Part shown: positions 41,860-55,175 of the stretch, one piece after another
Position numbering within the stretch: position 1 is the first letter of the stretch
Layout: each line of letters starts with the position of its first letter
Position numbers and translations under genes: made by a program
Notes under the pieces: model-generated
Databases searched by the model: none
What the model saw: only the letters and a program-made list of their open reading frames with translations
What the model was told of the DNA's origin: nothing
From: Octopus vulgaris
Taxonomy: Eukaryota
DNA: 64,000 bases
Reading direction: 5' to 3'
Assembly (NCBI GenBank): GCA_951406725.2
Contig: OX597824.1
Span: 48,670,001 to 48,734,000, forward strand

Positions 41860-42235
41860 AACATGCTTTCTATGTTATGTCCCAAGAAGATTTTATATAT
41901 TTTTTTATATATTTTTGTATATTTTTATGTATTTTTATATAATTTTTATGACGAAAAATGCGAGCGATGTATAAGTACGCAGGCAAGCAGAGTTATAACA
42001 CAGTAATTTCCCTTTATTTAACGGTATTTTTTCATAGCGTTTTCAAATAGCCAGATAATCGAAGAGATGGTGTTGTGGATTTCCACTTCGGCATCTGAAA
42101 CTCAGAGTTTTATCTTGACTACCGAGTAAAGTAACATATTATTGTATATATATATATATATGGGGGAACACACAGACATATATTGATTTATGTAAACATA
42201 TGTATATACATACATACATACATACATACATACAT

Positions 42236-42299
<64 letters not shown>

Positions 42300-42420
42300 C
42301 GGAACGCTCTCTAGTCCACAGACAACAAATCCAGAATGCTAATGTTCGCCAAATTCCATTGAGCGAACATATAGAAACGTGGCAGAAGTGAGGTTGGATC
42401 AAAAATAAAAGAAAAACGGT
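42300..42420 (+). mobile_element. Short GIY-YIG-like Penelope fragment next to (TA)n
   Basis: ERSLVHRQQIQ...RQIPLSEHIE resembles the R..H / S.H segment of PLE endonucleases. Confidence 0.4.
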
Positions 42421-43355
42421 TTAATAATATGTTCAGACCTGTTCCGAAAGGAAATAACAACAATAATATAACAACAATGAGGTGGATTAAAATATATCTT
42501 TAACATATGAATAGAAACAAATTACAGAAGACTCCCACCAACTCAAATAAAAACGATTGCTCATTCATAAAACTATTACAAGCTAATTGGTTAAAATAAA
42601 GACAGGATATATGCCAGTAATATCGGTACACCCGGAAAACCGTAACATTTAAGGTGCATGCGGAATGGTCAAAACCGTATTCCAAAAATTCGGCTTGTTG
42701 GAGCCTTTTAAGAGGTACAAAAAGGAAGTTAGTTTTCTACTACAGTTGCCATGAACTCTAATGTCAGTTAAATACATTTTGAAATCTGATGATTACTGCG
42801 AACGTATGAAGGCGCTAATATTTTTTTAATGTTTAACACACTTCAACATTGTAAAAAATTTATATTTTTTAAAAATATCGTAAAAAAGACATGAAAACCA
42901 GACCATGTTTTAACTTTATTCAACTGATGTTATTCTATACACATTTATATAAATTCGGAAAATATATATATACACACACACATATATATATACACAAATA
43001 CAAAGACATTTATGTATTATATACTTATACACACACACACATATACATTACAGACGCACACAGCGAGAGAAGATAGGTAGTGAGTAGAGAAAACTAAATG
43101 AAAAATGCAGGATAATTTTCTTGAAACTGATTGCTAACATAAAATTTAAAAAAAAGAAAAAACAACTTAGCAAACGCTGACGTCAGCGATAATCTGTATT
43201 GATGGATGACAGTTGTTGATGATTTTTAATTACTTCACCAAATATATCTCTTCCTATCGCCTCCTCCACCAACACCCACTCCAAATATATACCATCACCA
43301 CTACCACGTCCACCACTATTAAACAAATACCATTATCACAACTAGTATGCACGCA

Positions 43356-43476
<121 letters not shown>

Positions 43477-43790
43477 CATTTTCTTCTTCAAAATCGTTAC
43501 AGAATTAGAAAATTCCTTGCAACATTTCTTCCAGCTCTTTACCGTTTGAGCTCAAATCCCACCGAGGTCAGCTTTGCTTTTCGTCCTTCCAGAGTCGATA
43601 AGATAAAGTACCAGTCAAGTACTGGTACTTTATTTTATCCACTCCCTTTGCGAACTAAATTTTACTCAGAAGGTATTGGCCAAACCGAAGACACTTGTCC
43701 AAGATTCTGCCCTATGGGATCGAATGTGGAGCGAAGTTCTCGACAACATAGACGCTACTCTATAACCTTTACATTACACACGTCCTACCA

Positions 43791-43939
43791 TAGGCGCAGG
43801 TGTGGATGTGTGGTAATAAGTTTGCTTCCTAAACTCATGGTTCTGGGTTCAGTCCTGTCTTCTATTATAACCTCGGGCCGTCCAGAGCCTTGTGAGTGGA
43901 TTTGAAAGATGGAAGCTGAAAAAATCCCGTCTTATATAT

Positions 43940-43979
<40 letters not shown>

Positions 43980-44468
43980 ATCATTGCTATTATGCAAAAG
44001 TGTCGTAAGTCAAAAACGTTGCTTTCTCAGAAAATGAAAATATAGTTTCACCATTCCATAGCAAAACCTTTGTACTACACTTTAACAATTGTTGATATCT
44101 TGGCATCTGAAGCAACTGGAGATAAAACAGTTTGATCGCCCCCCCGCAAAAAAAAAACGGCTATTACAAGCAAAAATAAATATTGAAAAACACGCATTTG
44201 GCCAATGTGGACATACGACGGTTTAACACAATAGCAATGATAAATATTTATGTGTGTGTTTGTCCCCCACCCCATCATCGTTTTACAACCGATGTTGGTG
44301 CGTTTATGTCCCCGTTACTTAGCGGTTCGGCATAAGAGACTGGTTGAATAAGTACTAGGCTTATAAAGAATAAGTCCTGGAGACGATTTCTTCGACTAAA
44401 ACCCTTTAAGGCAGTGCTCCAGCATAGCTGCAGTCAAATGACTGAAACGTGTAAGAGAATAAAAGAAT
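43791..44468 (+). mobile_element. SINE family A split by ~280 bp of other sequence
   Basis: Head at 43791-43945; 3' half at 44230-44468. Confidence 0.8.
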
Positions 44469-44847
44469 AAATCCAATACATTTCCCCCTCTGTCATGATC
44501 ACCAAAACTTCGATAATTCCCCTGATTCTCGGTCCTTTCAAGGGCCTCTTCATGTCTTTGAAGTGATTTGCTTGCTGTTAAGTTGCTAGGAAAGGAATAT
44601 TCTCTTGGGTAGCACTGGAAAGGATTCTTTTTATCGCTAACATGACACTTCCCAGAGTTCGTGATACTTCTCAGAGACCCCATAATTCTCTCCTCACATT
44701 GTAAGCAGCTCGCAATCTTCCTTTATTATTCCACAATACTCCTATCAACCTTCCACGTTCTTTTCACGAATAAAGCGTTTCCAAGACCTCCAAGCCTTAG
44801 TGTTAGTTTTCTAAAACATTGAATGATATTCTTTTGAAAAATCTGTA

Positions 44848-45290
44848 GAACACGAGATATTCCTCGCTCAGCACCTAGACATCCTTGCGCAGTACCTAGA
44901 TATCCTTTACACCGCTCTGAGATATCCTTGCAGAATGCCTAGATGTACCTCGCAGCCTACCAAGATCCTTTGCACCATATGACCCAGATATGTCTCGCAC
45001 CACACCAAAATAACCTTGTAGCGTACCTAGATATCCTTCGTACCGCTCCTAGATATTCTAGTCACGCACCGAGATATTCATCACAGCCCAACATGATATC
45101 CCTTACGACACACCTGGATATTTCTCGCACCGCACCTAAATATCCCTCGCACAACGCTTAGATATCTCTCGCAGCATACCTAGATATTTTTGTAGTGCAT
45201 CTATATATCACTCGCAACACACCAGAAGATCTCCCGCACCGCTCCTAGATATCCTTGTAGAACATCTAAATATCCAAGTAGCGTACTTAG
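44848..45290. repeat. Degenerate minisatellite, ~21-bp unit (cacctagatatccttgcgcag-like)
   Basis: ctagatatcc-like core recurring about every 21 bp. Confidence 0.85.
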
Positions 45291-45886
45291 GTACCCCCTT
45301 TGGTACACTTGTACGCCATGGAACAACGTTTGAGACCCACTGCATTAAGCTGCATGAGAACAGGAATGATGACTTGCGCTGGAGACTTGCTTTTATGAAA
45401 GGATAATAAATAAATGCATCTCCGACAGTTTCTATGGTAAGTATTTAGTTATTCTGAATTACCTATACTTGTTAATTGGATTAGCGTGTAAGTGGTTGTG
45501 CATTTCAGAAACATATATATCCTACGTAATTCTCAAGTTGAACCAACTTGATACAGGATCAATCCATCCGTTGCGATTCCGCAGTTTCCGTCTACTCATT
45601 TTCACTCACGAAGCTTCGATTGATTCGAGGCACTGGTGAAAGACACCGACTCAAGACACCTCACAGTGAAATCGAACGCTGGACCTCATGATTGTAAAAC
45701 AAATTTCGTAACCATTTGCCTATGTTGCGTCCACCAAAACTGTATTTATGACAATTTACATTATTGCTTCATCCTGATCAAGTTCTCTGTATTCAGGCAG
45801 GAAAGTAAAGGTTATTGATTAACATGTAAATCATTAATTAATTTACATATTCATCATTCGTTTTTTACTGAAAGTTTTCTTTTATA

Positions 45887-47450
45887 CAAGCGGTCCCCAA
45901 CATTTTTTTTTCTTTTTGTATCAGTGACTGGTTTCATGGAAGACAACTTTTCCATGGTCGGGAGGAACACACGCATATCAAGACACAATACAGTGCATAA
46001 TTTATAATTTAATTTTTATATATATTACATATATAATGCATATATAATGCAAAAACAACCAGAATACTGTGGTAGTCAATAAAATAGAAATTAAATTTTA
46101 AATATTTACGAGTGGTTAGTGACATCGAATTGAATAGTGTTGACGAAGTGAATGGGTTATTTGGTATCGGTGGTTATGAGGGAAATGACAGGTAATAATA
46201 GATGAATTATGCATACGAGGTTGGGCTGGAAAGTTCATAGGTTGACTATAAAGGAATAATGCTAGAGCTGTGAAGTCTTGCATGCATAAATTTCAGATTT
46301 TCTTATTAATAACTGCATTGTTTCTTTCCAGGTAAACTGACATCAGACTGTTCAAAGACTCCAAAAGTAACTATTGGCGACTTCTGTTGAAAATGGACAA
46401 AACATGGTTTCATGATATTATCAAGTATCTGCAGGTTGACATGATTGCTACTTTAGAGGGTGACGCTCCAGTTTCATCGACAATATTGAAGTGGGAAACA
46501 ATTTAGAAGGGAGAGTCTTGAAGATGACCCGAAGTCTGGACGTCTTGCAACTGCCACCACTGAGGTAAATATTGATCGTGTTCACCACATGGTGATATAT
46601 GACAGACGATTGACCTATAAATCAAATAAGCAATGCTATCAGCATAACCCATGAGAGAATTGAGAATATTCTGCTCAATGAACTTGATATGTTGAAAGTT
46701 TCTTCTCAGTGGGTGCTACGTTTTCTAACACCTCATCAAAAACGTAGCAGGTTCTTCACATCACGGAAAAAAAAATCTAACATTATTTGAGTCAGATCCA
46801 GTTGGTTTCCTTGAACCCAGGATAAGTACTGGCTTCATCAATTTCAGCCAGAGACAAAGAGTTTCAGATTTTAGAGATGCAAAAGGCATTGTGTTTATTG
46901 ACTATGTTCAAAAGGGCCACAATACCCATGGGGAGTATCATTCCAACTTGCTGTGGTAGTTGCGAGAATCTACCAAGACCAAACGCCCAGGAAAACTGAT
47001 GAAAGGGGTTACGTTTCATGATGACAATGCTCCAGCACGTAAATCTTTGATTTCACTGGCTGCTGTGCATGGTTGTGGCTTTGAACTAGTTGATCACTCT
47101 CCGTGTTCTTCTGATTTGGTTCCATCTGACTATTATCTGTTCCCCAATTTGAAAAAAGCTCTTGGTTGAGAACCAGTAACGCAGTAATGATGACGTCATA
47201 TCTGGTTTTGACCCACAGGACGAAAGCTTTTTCATCAATGGGATTGAAGCACTGCAACACTAATGGAAGAAGTGTGTGGGCCACAACGGGGATTATGTTG
47301 AAAAATAAACCTCATTTGGTGATAGTCCATGAGAGTATCTTGTTCAACCTATTAACTTTTCAGTCGACCTTCGTATTCTTTCTGTGCGGCCCGGTTACAA
47401 ATGATCCATGGTGTGGTACTGGTCCGTCAGCCAGTGGCTGAGGATCCCTG
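45887..47450. mobile_element. hAT/Charlie (MER1-like) non-autonomous element interrupted by a mariner
   Basis: Left end caagcggtccccaac...ggtttcatggaagacaacttttccatgg and right end gtgcggcccggtt...ggtactggtccgt...ggatccctg resemble recalled MER1 termini; no clear TSD. Confidence 0.65.
46214..47375 (+). mobile_element. Mariner transposon (irritans-like), decayed
   Basis: TIRs tacgaggttgggctggaaagttcataggttga / tcaacctattaacttttcagtcgaccttcgta; ESLEDDPKSGR, KVSSQWVLRFLT, FHDDNAPAR, HSPCSSDLVPSDYYLFPNLKK. Confidence 0.9.
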
Positions 47451-47790
47451 ACTTATTCGGAAGGTTGATATTGGAAAAGAAAACACTTCCTTTTGTAGTC
47501 GCTAATCATAAAGATGAATCTCTCCAAACTAATTCCAGTCATGTCACATAGTATCAGACGAAAGAAAAATTATGCTTAAATCGGGCTCAAACCAACTGAC
47601 CAACAAACCAACCAACCAATCAACCAACAGCAGCTTTATTAGTATGGCAGACTCACCCTCTTCTATTCATGATATAAACTGCTGCATCATCATTTGTTGA
47701 CAGAATCAGAAAATGGAGAATTGAATTGCAACTATGAGAGTGAGGGATTCAATGGAGCGGAAAGTTTCTATCCCAGTTTCAAATGTAGGA

Positions 47791-47877
47791 TCTTCTTCTT
47801 CTTCTTCTTCTTCTTCTTCTTCTTCTTCTTCTTCTTCTTCTTCTTCTTCTTCTTCTTCTTCTTCTTCTTCTTCTTCT
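47791..47877. repeat. (TTC)n tract followed by CT-rich low-complexity DNA
   Basis: Direct reading; a similar tract lies at 59619-59717. Confidence 0.95.
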
Positions 47878-48424
47878 ACCACTAGAACAAATACTACAAC
47901 TACCGCTACTGCTACAGCTGCTACTGTTACTGCTGCTGCTGCCACTTCTACTGCTGCCACTGCTGCTGCTGTTCTCTCTCTCTCTCTCTCTTTTATCTGT
48001 CTCTCTCTCTTTCTCTCATCTCAGTCTTCTCTCTGTCAGACTCTCTCTTTCTTTCTTTCTCTCTCTTTCTTTCTCTCTCTCTCTCCCTCTCTTATCTGCT
48101 TCTACTTCACTTTCGTTTCCTTCCTTTGCTCCAGCTCAAATTTCTTAATTTAACCAACCCCTATTTATTTAAATTCTATTTAATCACTACACTCTTCTTC
48201 TCCTTTCCCACCCCCACTCTATCTCATTAATATTCTCCTCTTACATTTTTATAGTCCGTTATTGCTTCATTCCTTTTTCTTTTTCACTTTTTCCCATATA
48301 TTCTTCATATTCCATCTCTTTTCTCTTTCTCCTTTCTCTTCTTTTCCCTTTCCATTCCTAATTCTTTCCAGTATACTATTTCACATTCACTTCTCTTTCG
48401 GTCTCCCCTCTTTATTTCTCTCTA

Positions 48425-48470
<46 letters not shown>

Positions 48471-49134
48471 TCCTCCTCTCTATTAATACTCTAAATATCG
48501 GTGTAACTTGCTTAATTATGTCCTGGATCGTTTCATCATTCCCAATTCTAACGTTCCCGAAATCTCAGACAGAATCAAGCATTTCCTGCCAACAGGCAAA
48601 AATAAAAATCTTTTCTTAACCCTTTGCCGGTTCAAAGCACTTTCATGAGTTTCTTCTAAACATACATGCTTTGTTTTCAAACTTTTATTTAGCCTTTGTT
48701 TTATATTTCTAAGTAATGTAAAGCTTACCTATCGTAAGTTCCAAGTTACTCTAATGGTTGAAAAAAATTAGGAATGTGTATCATATATGATGCAAAGGAC
48801 GCCAAGGAAATATGTCCTGTGTATCATATATTATACACAGGGTAATTTATCGTCAACAGTATTCACATTACACTTAAGCCACTTCCGAATAAAGTACATA
48901 GCTCAGGCAAAATACATAACTTTTCATTGTTTAGCTTCTACTCTGGGACCGAAAAAGATTCGGTATACATTTTCACTCATTTGCTAGTTTGGGTCATTGG
49001 AGTCATTTTAGGACCACCTTCAAGGGATTTAGTTTATCATATCACCGTTGATTTATTTTAATCTTGTACTTATTTTATTAATTTCTATTTTTCGAATTGT
49101 TGAGTTACGGAACATAACTGGCCACAATATACAT

Positions 49135-49942
49135 TATAGTATTTCATAAAAACCAAAAATATTAACTAGGTTCAGAGATAACAGTTTACTCAAATTAGCT
49201 GCTCTCAGGTCCCAACACGGCCTCAAGACGGCTCTGGAACCTGGAACATGCATTCCTCACTGTATCCCTGGGAAGATCTTCAAGCACCTGCTTGATCTTG
49301 GCCACCAGCTTGACCTTGGTGTCGCAGCAGAGCTGTTGGTGCCTTTCTTAGCCGCGCCTCCATCACAGTAACTCATGGAATTACTATCATGGAAATTGGG
49401 ATGCCAGAAATTGGGGCAGGGAGGTCAGCTTTGACCTTGGCTGTCAGAATTTGCCTATACTAATGATACGACTGGTAGCGAAGGTCCTCATTCAGGGTCA
49501 GCTTCATGGTTGCGACTCCAACACCCATCTCTCCAGCCAAATCCTGAATTCCCTTTCTTAGATCTTAGTCCTGCTGTGTTGGATGAAATCTGATGTACGG
49601 ACACAGAATGCCTGCTGCTGTGTCCCATTCTGCTAGCCATGTCTTTACAGTCTCCGTTGCAGCTGTCTATATCATGTTTTACAGCCTTTACAGTGTTCAA
49701 AAAGCATTGAGCTGCAGTCAGGATGTCTGCATTTTGACATCCGGCGCGAATCATCATGATACAGGTAACTCTTTTCCAATTTTCAGATGGCTTCCAGTAA
49801 CCCGTCTTGGTTAACATTTTCTTAACTGCAACTTTAATCTTTAAGCTCTTTATTGCCGTTGACTATTCACCAACACATCGAGCTGTTCATGAAAAAAGAA
49901 GGAGAGGGGGAAAATCGTCAAATTTAGCCTGAACAGCCTATA
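49135..49942 (-). mobile_element. Tc1/mariner-superfamily remnant, maT/DD37D-like, internally deleted
   Basis: N-terminal MMIRAG...TVKAVK HTH-like segment; C-terminal FW.PN..D.N.M and NAC.RFQSRLEAV; terminal tataggctgttcaggctaaatt. Confidence 0.6.
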
Positions 49943-50211
49943 TTTCACTTGATGGAAACAACTACAATATTTATTGCCACATTCAGGACGTGATACACTT
50001 TCTTATCCATCAGTTGGATCTGTTTTCCAAGATCTGGATTTCAGTACAGAGAACCTTGCAACATTTTTTCTGGGGAATGGATTACTTCGGAATGAAGTGT
50101 GAGTAAATAACAAGTGAATAAAACTTGCAACAAAGTTTTAATTAAAACCTCTTTTGATTATATACATATACATACACACATACACATACCCATAAATGTG
50201 TGTGCGTGTAT

Positions 50212-50248
<37 letters not shown>

Positions 50249-50519
50249 TACACACACATGCGCGCGTACGTACATACATACATACAAACACATTATTGAT
50301 AATTACTGTTGGCTTGTTACGTTCCCGTAACTTAGCGGTTCGGAAAATGAAAACGTTAGAATAAGTATCAGGATTAAAAAATAGGCGCTGAAACAAGTAA
50401 AAGATGAAAACAGATAAGATGAAAGATGTGTGTGTATGTATGATAGGCAGAGCAATAAGAAACGCCAAATTGAAGCATAAAAGCAACAAAGATCCAAGGT
50501 ACTTTCACACTGAAAAATA

Positions 50520-50737
50520 TTCCTTTCTACTCTAGGAACAAAGACCCGAAATTTTGTGGGAGGGGGCCAGTCGATTAGATCGACCGCAGTACGCAACTGG
50601 TATTTAATATATCGACCACAAAAGGCTGAAAGGCAAAGTCGGCCTCAGCAGCATTTGAACTCAGAACGTGAAGACAGACGAAATACCGCTAAGAATTTTG
50701 TCCGGCGTGCTAACTTTTCTGCCAGCACGCCGCCTTC
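50520..50737 (-). mobile_element. SINE family B
   Basis: ...aaaggcaaagtcggcctcagcagcatttgaactcagaacg...ctgccagcacgccgcctt. Confidence 0.85.
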
Positions 50738-50749
50738 ACACTGAAAGTT

Positions 50750-51000
50750 ATTAGCTTGACACGTGAAGAAAAAGATTATGAAGAGAGAGCGTTAAGAGTA
50801 GAAATTTGACGTTTGGTCTTTCGTCAGATACGGAGAGGAGGGTCCAGCGAAGAAGAAAAGGTGAGGAGTAAATAGGAACAGAGGGTCGGAAAGAAGTAAC
50901 TGACAGGAATAAATCTATATTAACTTTGATCGTTGTAAAGTTGAAGGTTATTTTGAGGGGTGGTGGCTGAAATCGAAGTAGAGTGTGTAACAAAAAAGAG
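50750..51000 (-). mobile_element. Penelope-like tail with partly deleted hammerhead
   Basis: Minus strand atCTGACGAaagacc-aaacGTC-aaat. Confidence 0.4.
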
Positions 51001-51536
51001 TAAGAATCACATCGTTAGATGGTCTTTAATTTTCATATAATACAACCTAAGATCTCGCTACAAGAGTATGACAGGTGCACCGTTCCCGGACTCTTTTAGC
51101 CTAATTATGTTCGATTTATCTCAGTTAAACTATCTCGATTATTTTTCCCTAACCAAGGACAAAAGCATTATTAAAAATTTCGTGACATAATAAAGCAAAA
51201 CAATGCAAAATGAAATAAAATATTTATTTTTATTATTCAGTTCACGTTTGAAGTAGAATTAATAATATTATCTGACAGAGGAGACATCAACTGAAATACA
51301 AGTATTTTGAATATTTTATACTTTCATATACAATGTGGTTCATTTTTGTTGGGTTTTTTTTTGTTGTTCTTGTTGCTGTTTTTAACGTGTCAACAACAGC
51401 TGGCTTACAGTTTATAGATTATATTGACTTTTGACTCTAATCTCTGGTTTATGCCAGGATATACCAAAGTAGAAAATCCCTCGGTGATTTGCTAGGTACA
51501 GAAAACATATTTGAACTATAATGATATATACAAATA

Positions 51537-51573
<37 letters not shown>

Positions 51574-52060
51574 ATATATGTACGCATATACCTACATACA
51601 CATAGACATACAAATAGTTCCTTTACTGTGAATATTTGAAGAGTTCTCTGCTAAGCTTCTCAAATAAAAACAAAATTAACTTTGTTGTTGAAAAAGATTT
51701 TATTTTAGTATTACCCGTATCAATATTCATTATTTGTAAGTAAAATTTAAATTTCATTTTGATTCGGTCTCGATCTTTTGTGTTCTCTGTATAAACTTAA
51801 TGTCACTCTGAAAGAATGCAGTAGGTTTACGCAGCTTTTTCAGCTTCCGTCGTATATGACTGGCCGATTTTTGAAGTGGAACACCATTGCAACGTCTTCT
51901 TTTTTAAAATTTTCATCTAAAAGCGATAACAAAAGCCAGTTTACAAATAGAAATGCGTATACATCACTCATCGAGAAGCGAAATTTGACAGTATTAATAT
52001 ATAATTGAATACGCGCATTTTCCGGTTTTAATTACACTGCAGTTAGCTATCTATCTATCT

Positions 52061-52188
<128 letters not shown>

Positions 52189-52194
52189 ACTGTC

Positions 52195-52560
52195 CTGATA
52201 TCATATGGGTCACACCAATAGAGGAGAATATGGCCAAAAACTGAGTGTACTCCATCCCATGCAGTTGTGGTAGGTTATAGAAAGGCGAAACGTGCCGTCC
52301 CTTCAAAATAAGGGTAGACGAACATCGCAAAGCTGTGACAAGAGGAGATATTGATAAATCGGGTATAGCTGATCATGTATGGAAAAATGGAGACCACCTC
52401 CCCGTATGGGATGAAGTTAAAATAATAGACAGAGAACACCACTGGAAAATACGAAAACTAAAAGAAGCAGCACATATGCAAGGACACAGCAACCTCCTAA
52501 GCAGACCGAGTGCAGATATGAACAGCATATGGGAACCGGTATTAAGGAAGGGTAGGAGAA
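52195..52560 (+). pseudogene. Poseidon-type Penelope GIY-YIG endonuclease fragment
   Basis: VYSIPCSCG...GETCRPFKIRVDEH...KSGIADHVW..DH..W..VKII..E..RKLKEA. Confidence 0.8.
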
Positions 52561-52677
52561 ATATTAGATTTATAAACCCTAAAATTCACTCTATAATTGC
52601 CCATGGGTTGAAAATGTGGACTAACACCAAGATTCCGAGTTCGATTCCAATCAGTGACCTGAATAATAATAATAATC

Positions 52678-52786
<109 letters not shown>

Positions 52787-52829
52787 TAATAATAATGATA
52801 ATTAACAAAATGAGGACAAATATCAAATG

Positions 52830-53645
52830 TAAATAACGAATATAAATATAAGCTCTGGAGTTTTGTGTATCATGGTCAAACTCTTTATGCTGGGCCCAAG
52901 GGAAGGTCGTGGTTTCAATCTTCACTTCCTGCTACTATTGAAGTACGGCTTGCATCTTTCTATATTCTTCCACTTTATGCTGTACTCCATGGCGCTTTCT
53001 GTTAAAGGCCAGACGTGTTTGACTAGGGTTGTGATGTTACGTCTCGGCGGGATGTTGAATGACTAGGGTTGTGATGTTACGTCTCTGTGGGATGTTGAAT
53101 GAAGACTTGTGGTTATCAAAGAGAATTCTGAAGGGGCCTTTCGATGCCCCTACACGCTCGGTTGTCCATTGGGTCCTGCTGCCTCGTAAACAACTCTCTC
53201 CGTATTGCATTGGACAAGTTGTGTTACCCTACATGAGCATCCTGTCTCAGTCTTGAGTTTGGGTCAACCTACACTAAGTACACAGCTAAAGGATAATCTT
53301 AGGGTATGTCTATTAAATATTTTGTAGAATCCATTGGTACGAAGTGTCTATCAATTAAACTAAGAATGATCTTACCTACTCTAGTCCTAACGTTTAAAGA
53401 TAATGGCGGTGTGAACCACAATACTTTCCGGTGGTACTTTCTCTTGGTGAGGCTAGAGTCTTGCATACAACTAATACTATCCCTAAAACCCGGTTGTAGT
53501 CCGGGGCGGCAGCATCGAAGATCTCTTTACTTGAAGACAAGCTGGAGATTCTCTTGCTGACGCCGTTAACTAGGTTCCTAAAGACTATGGCTGGATGGCA
53601 AGGCCTATAGGCACCTGATTCCAGGTCCAGGGTCACGTCAAGGAT
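52830..53645 (-). pseudogene. Second Naiad-type Penelope fragment (RT thumb, linker, GIY-YIG), decayed
   Basis: LDVTLDLESGAYRP, KRISSLSSSKEIF, RKVLWFTPP, IDRHF, CSC, VVYEA, IKW..ERCKPY; 40-bp tandem duplication at 53021-53100. Confidence 0.85.
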
Positions 53646-54048
53646 ATATAGATATATATTTTCTTTTATTCTTTTATTTGTTTCACTCATTTTTACTAAG
53701 GACATGCTGGAGCACCACCTTATGGGGATTTTAGTCAAAGCAATCGCCCCTAGAACTTATTCTTTGTAAGCCTTGTACACCAACATCAGGGGAGCTAACT
53801 CATTCTCATTAACGTATTTTTTTGTTAAGACGTATTTCTTGATTTCTCAGCATTTCCTCATATCCGCGACATAGATATTTAAAATTTTTCGTCTTTCTAG
53901 AGAGTCTGACAAACTGTCCACGAGGCGTTGGCTTTGTGGATGCGAATCCTTGAGTACTTCTATGTCCAAGTTATAAAATTTTGTTGTAACAATTACTGCT
54001 CTATTCTTTAAAGTGTAGTTCTTTTTTATATATGTTTTTTTATTAACT

Positions 54049-54119
<71 letters not shown>

Positions 54120-54364
54120 TCGTATCTTTTATTTTTTACTTATTTCAGTCATTAAACTGTGGTCATGCTAGGGCATCGCCTTAAATTTCTAGTCCAGTGA
54201 ATCAACCCCCGTACTTTTTTAAACCCTTTTTTAAAGTTCTCTTGGGCTCTTTTGCTGAACAGCTAAGTTACAGGACCGTAAACACACCAAAACCGGTTGA
54301 CAACACAAACACACACACGCATGCATACACATACACGCACATATGCACGCACACACGCACACAA

Positions 54365-54397
<33 letters not shown>

Positions 54398-54429
54398 TAT
54401 GTATATTCGACCGGGCTTCTTTCAGTTTA

Positions 54430-55175
54430 TATAAATATGAATAAAATAAAGGTTATATCTAAAAAGACAAAAGTAAATGAATAGATAAATAAATGTATGT
54501 AAATAAAAAGAGAGGATATTAAGGTTAAAATAGTATTAAAAACTTAAAAGCTAAAAATTAAATATAAAACTTTACGAAAATCCTTAGAAATTAAAGCATT
54601 AAAAAAATTAAAAGCGAATCAAAATATTGAATATTGATATCAGAAGTTAACATGCAAATTAAAAATTGGAACTTAAAAATTAAAAGTAATAAGGTATTAA
54701 AAATACCAACATTAAAAAGTGAAAAGTATATGAAATTAAAAAATGAGCAATATATAAAATTAATTCAAGTTTTAAAAATTAGAAATTTTTAATATATTAT
54801 TTCTATTTTTATTTTCAATTTTTTTTTAGTTTCGATTTTTAACTTCAATTTTGATTTTTTTATATATTTTCACATTTCAATTTTAGAAATTTTAATTTTT
54901 AATTTCAGTGTTAACGTTTAATATTAATATTCAATCGTTTGATTCGTTTCAATTGTTTTTTCTTTTGTTTTTAATTCTTTAGCTTTTAAGATTTTTCTGA
55001 AGGTTTTATATTCGATTTTAAAATTTTAGTTTCTGAATTTTATAATACTGTTTTAACCCTAACATCCTATCGTTTCATTTTCATTTATACTTCTAAGTAA
55101 GTATACATGCACTTATTTATCTACTGTTGTGTTTTTTAGATATATTTTTGTATCGTATTACTTTATATTTATATC
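54430..55175. repeat. AT-rich fold-back (imperfect ~370-bp inverted arms)
   Basis: A-rich left half mirrors T-rich right half, e.g. gcgaatcaaaatattgaatattgatat versus atattaatattcaatcgtttgattcg. Confidence 0.75.

Noticed and set aside
44848-45290. CRISPR-like array
   Set aside because: Degenerate tandem 21-mers without unique spacers, in eukaryotic DNA with no cas genes.
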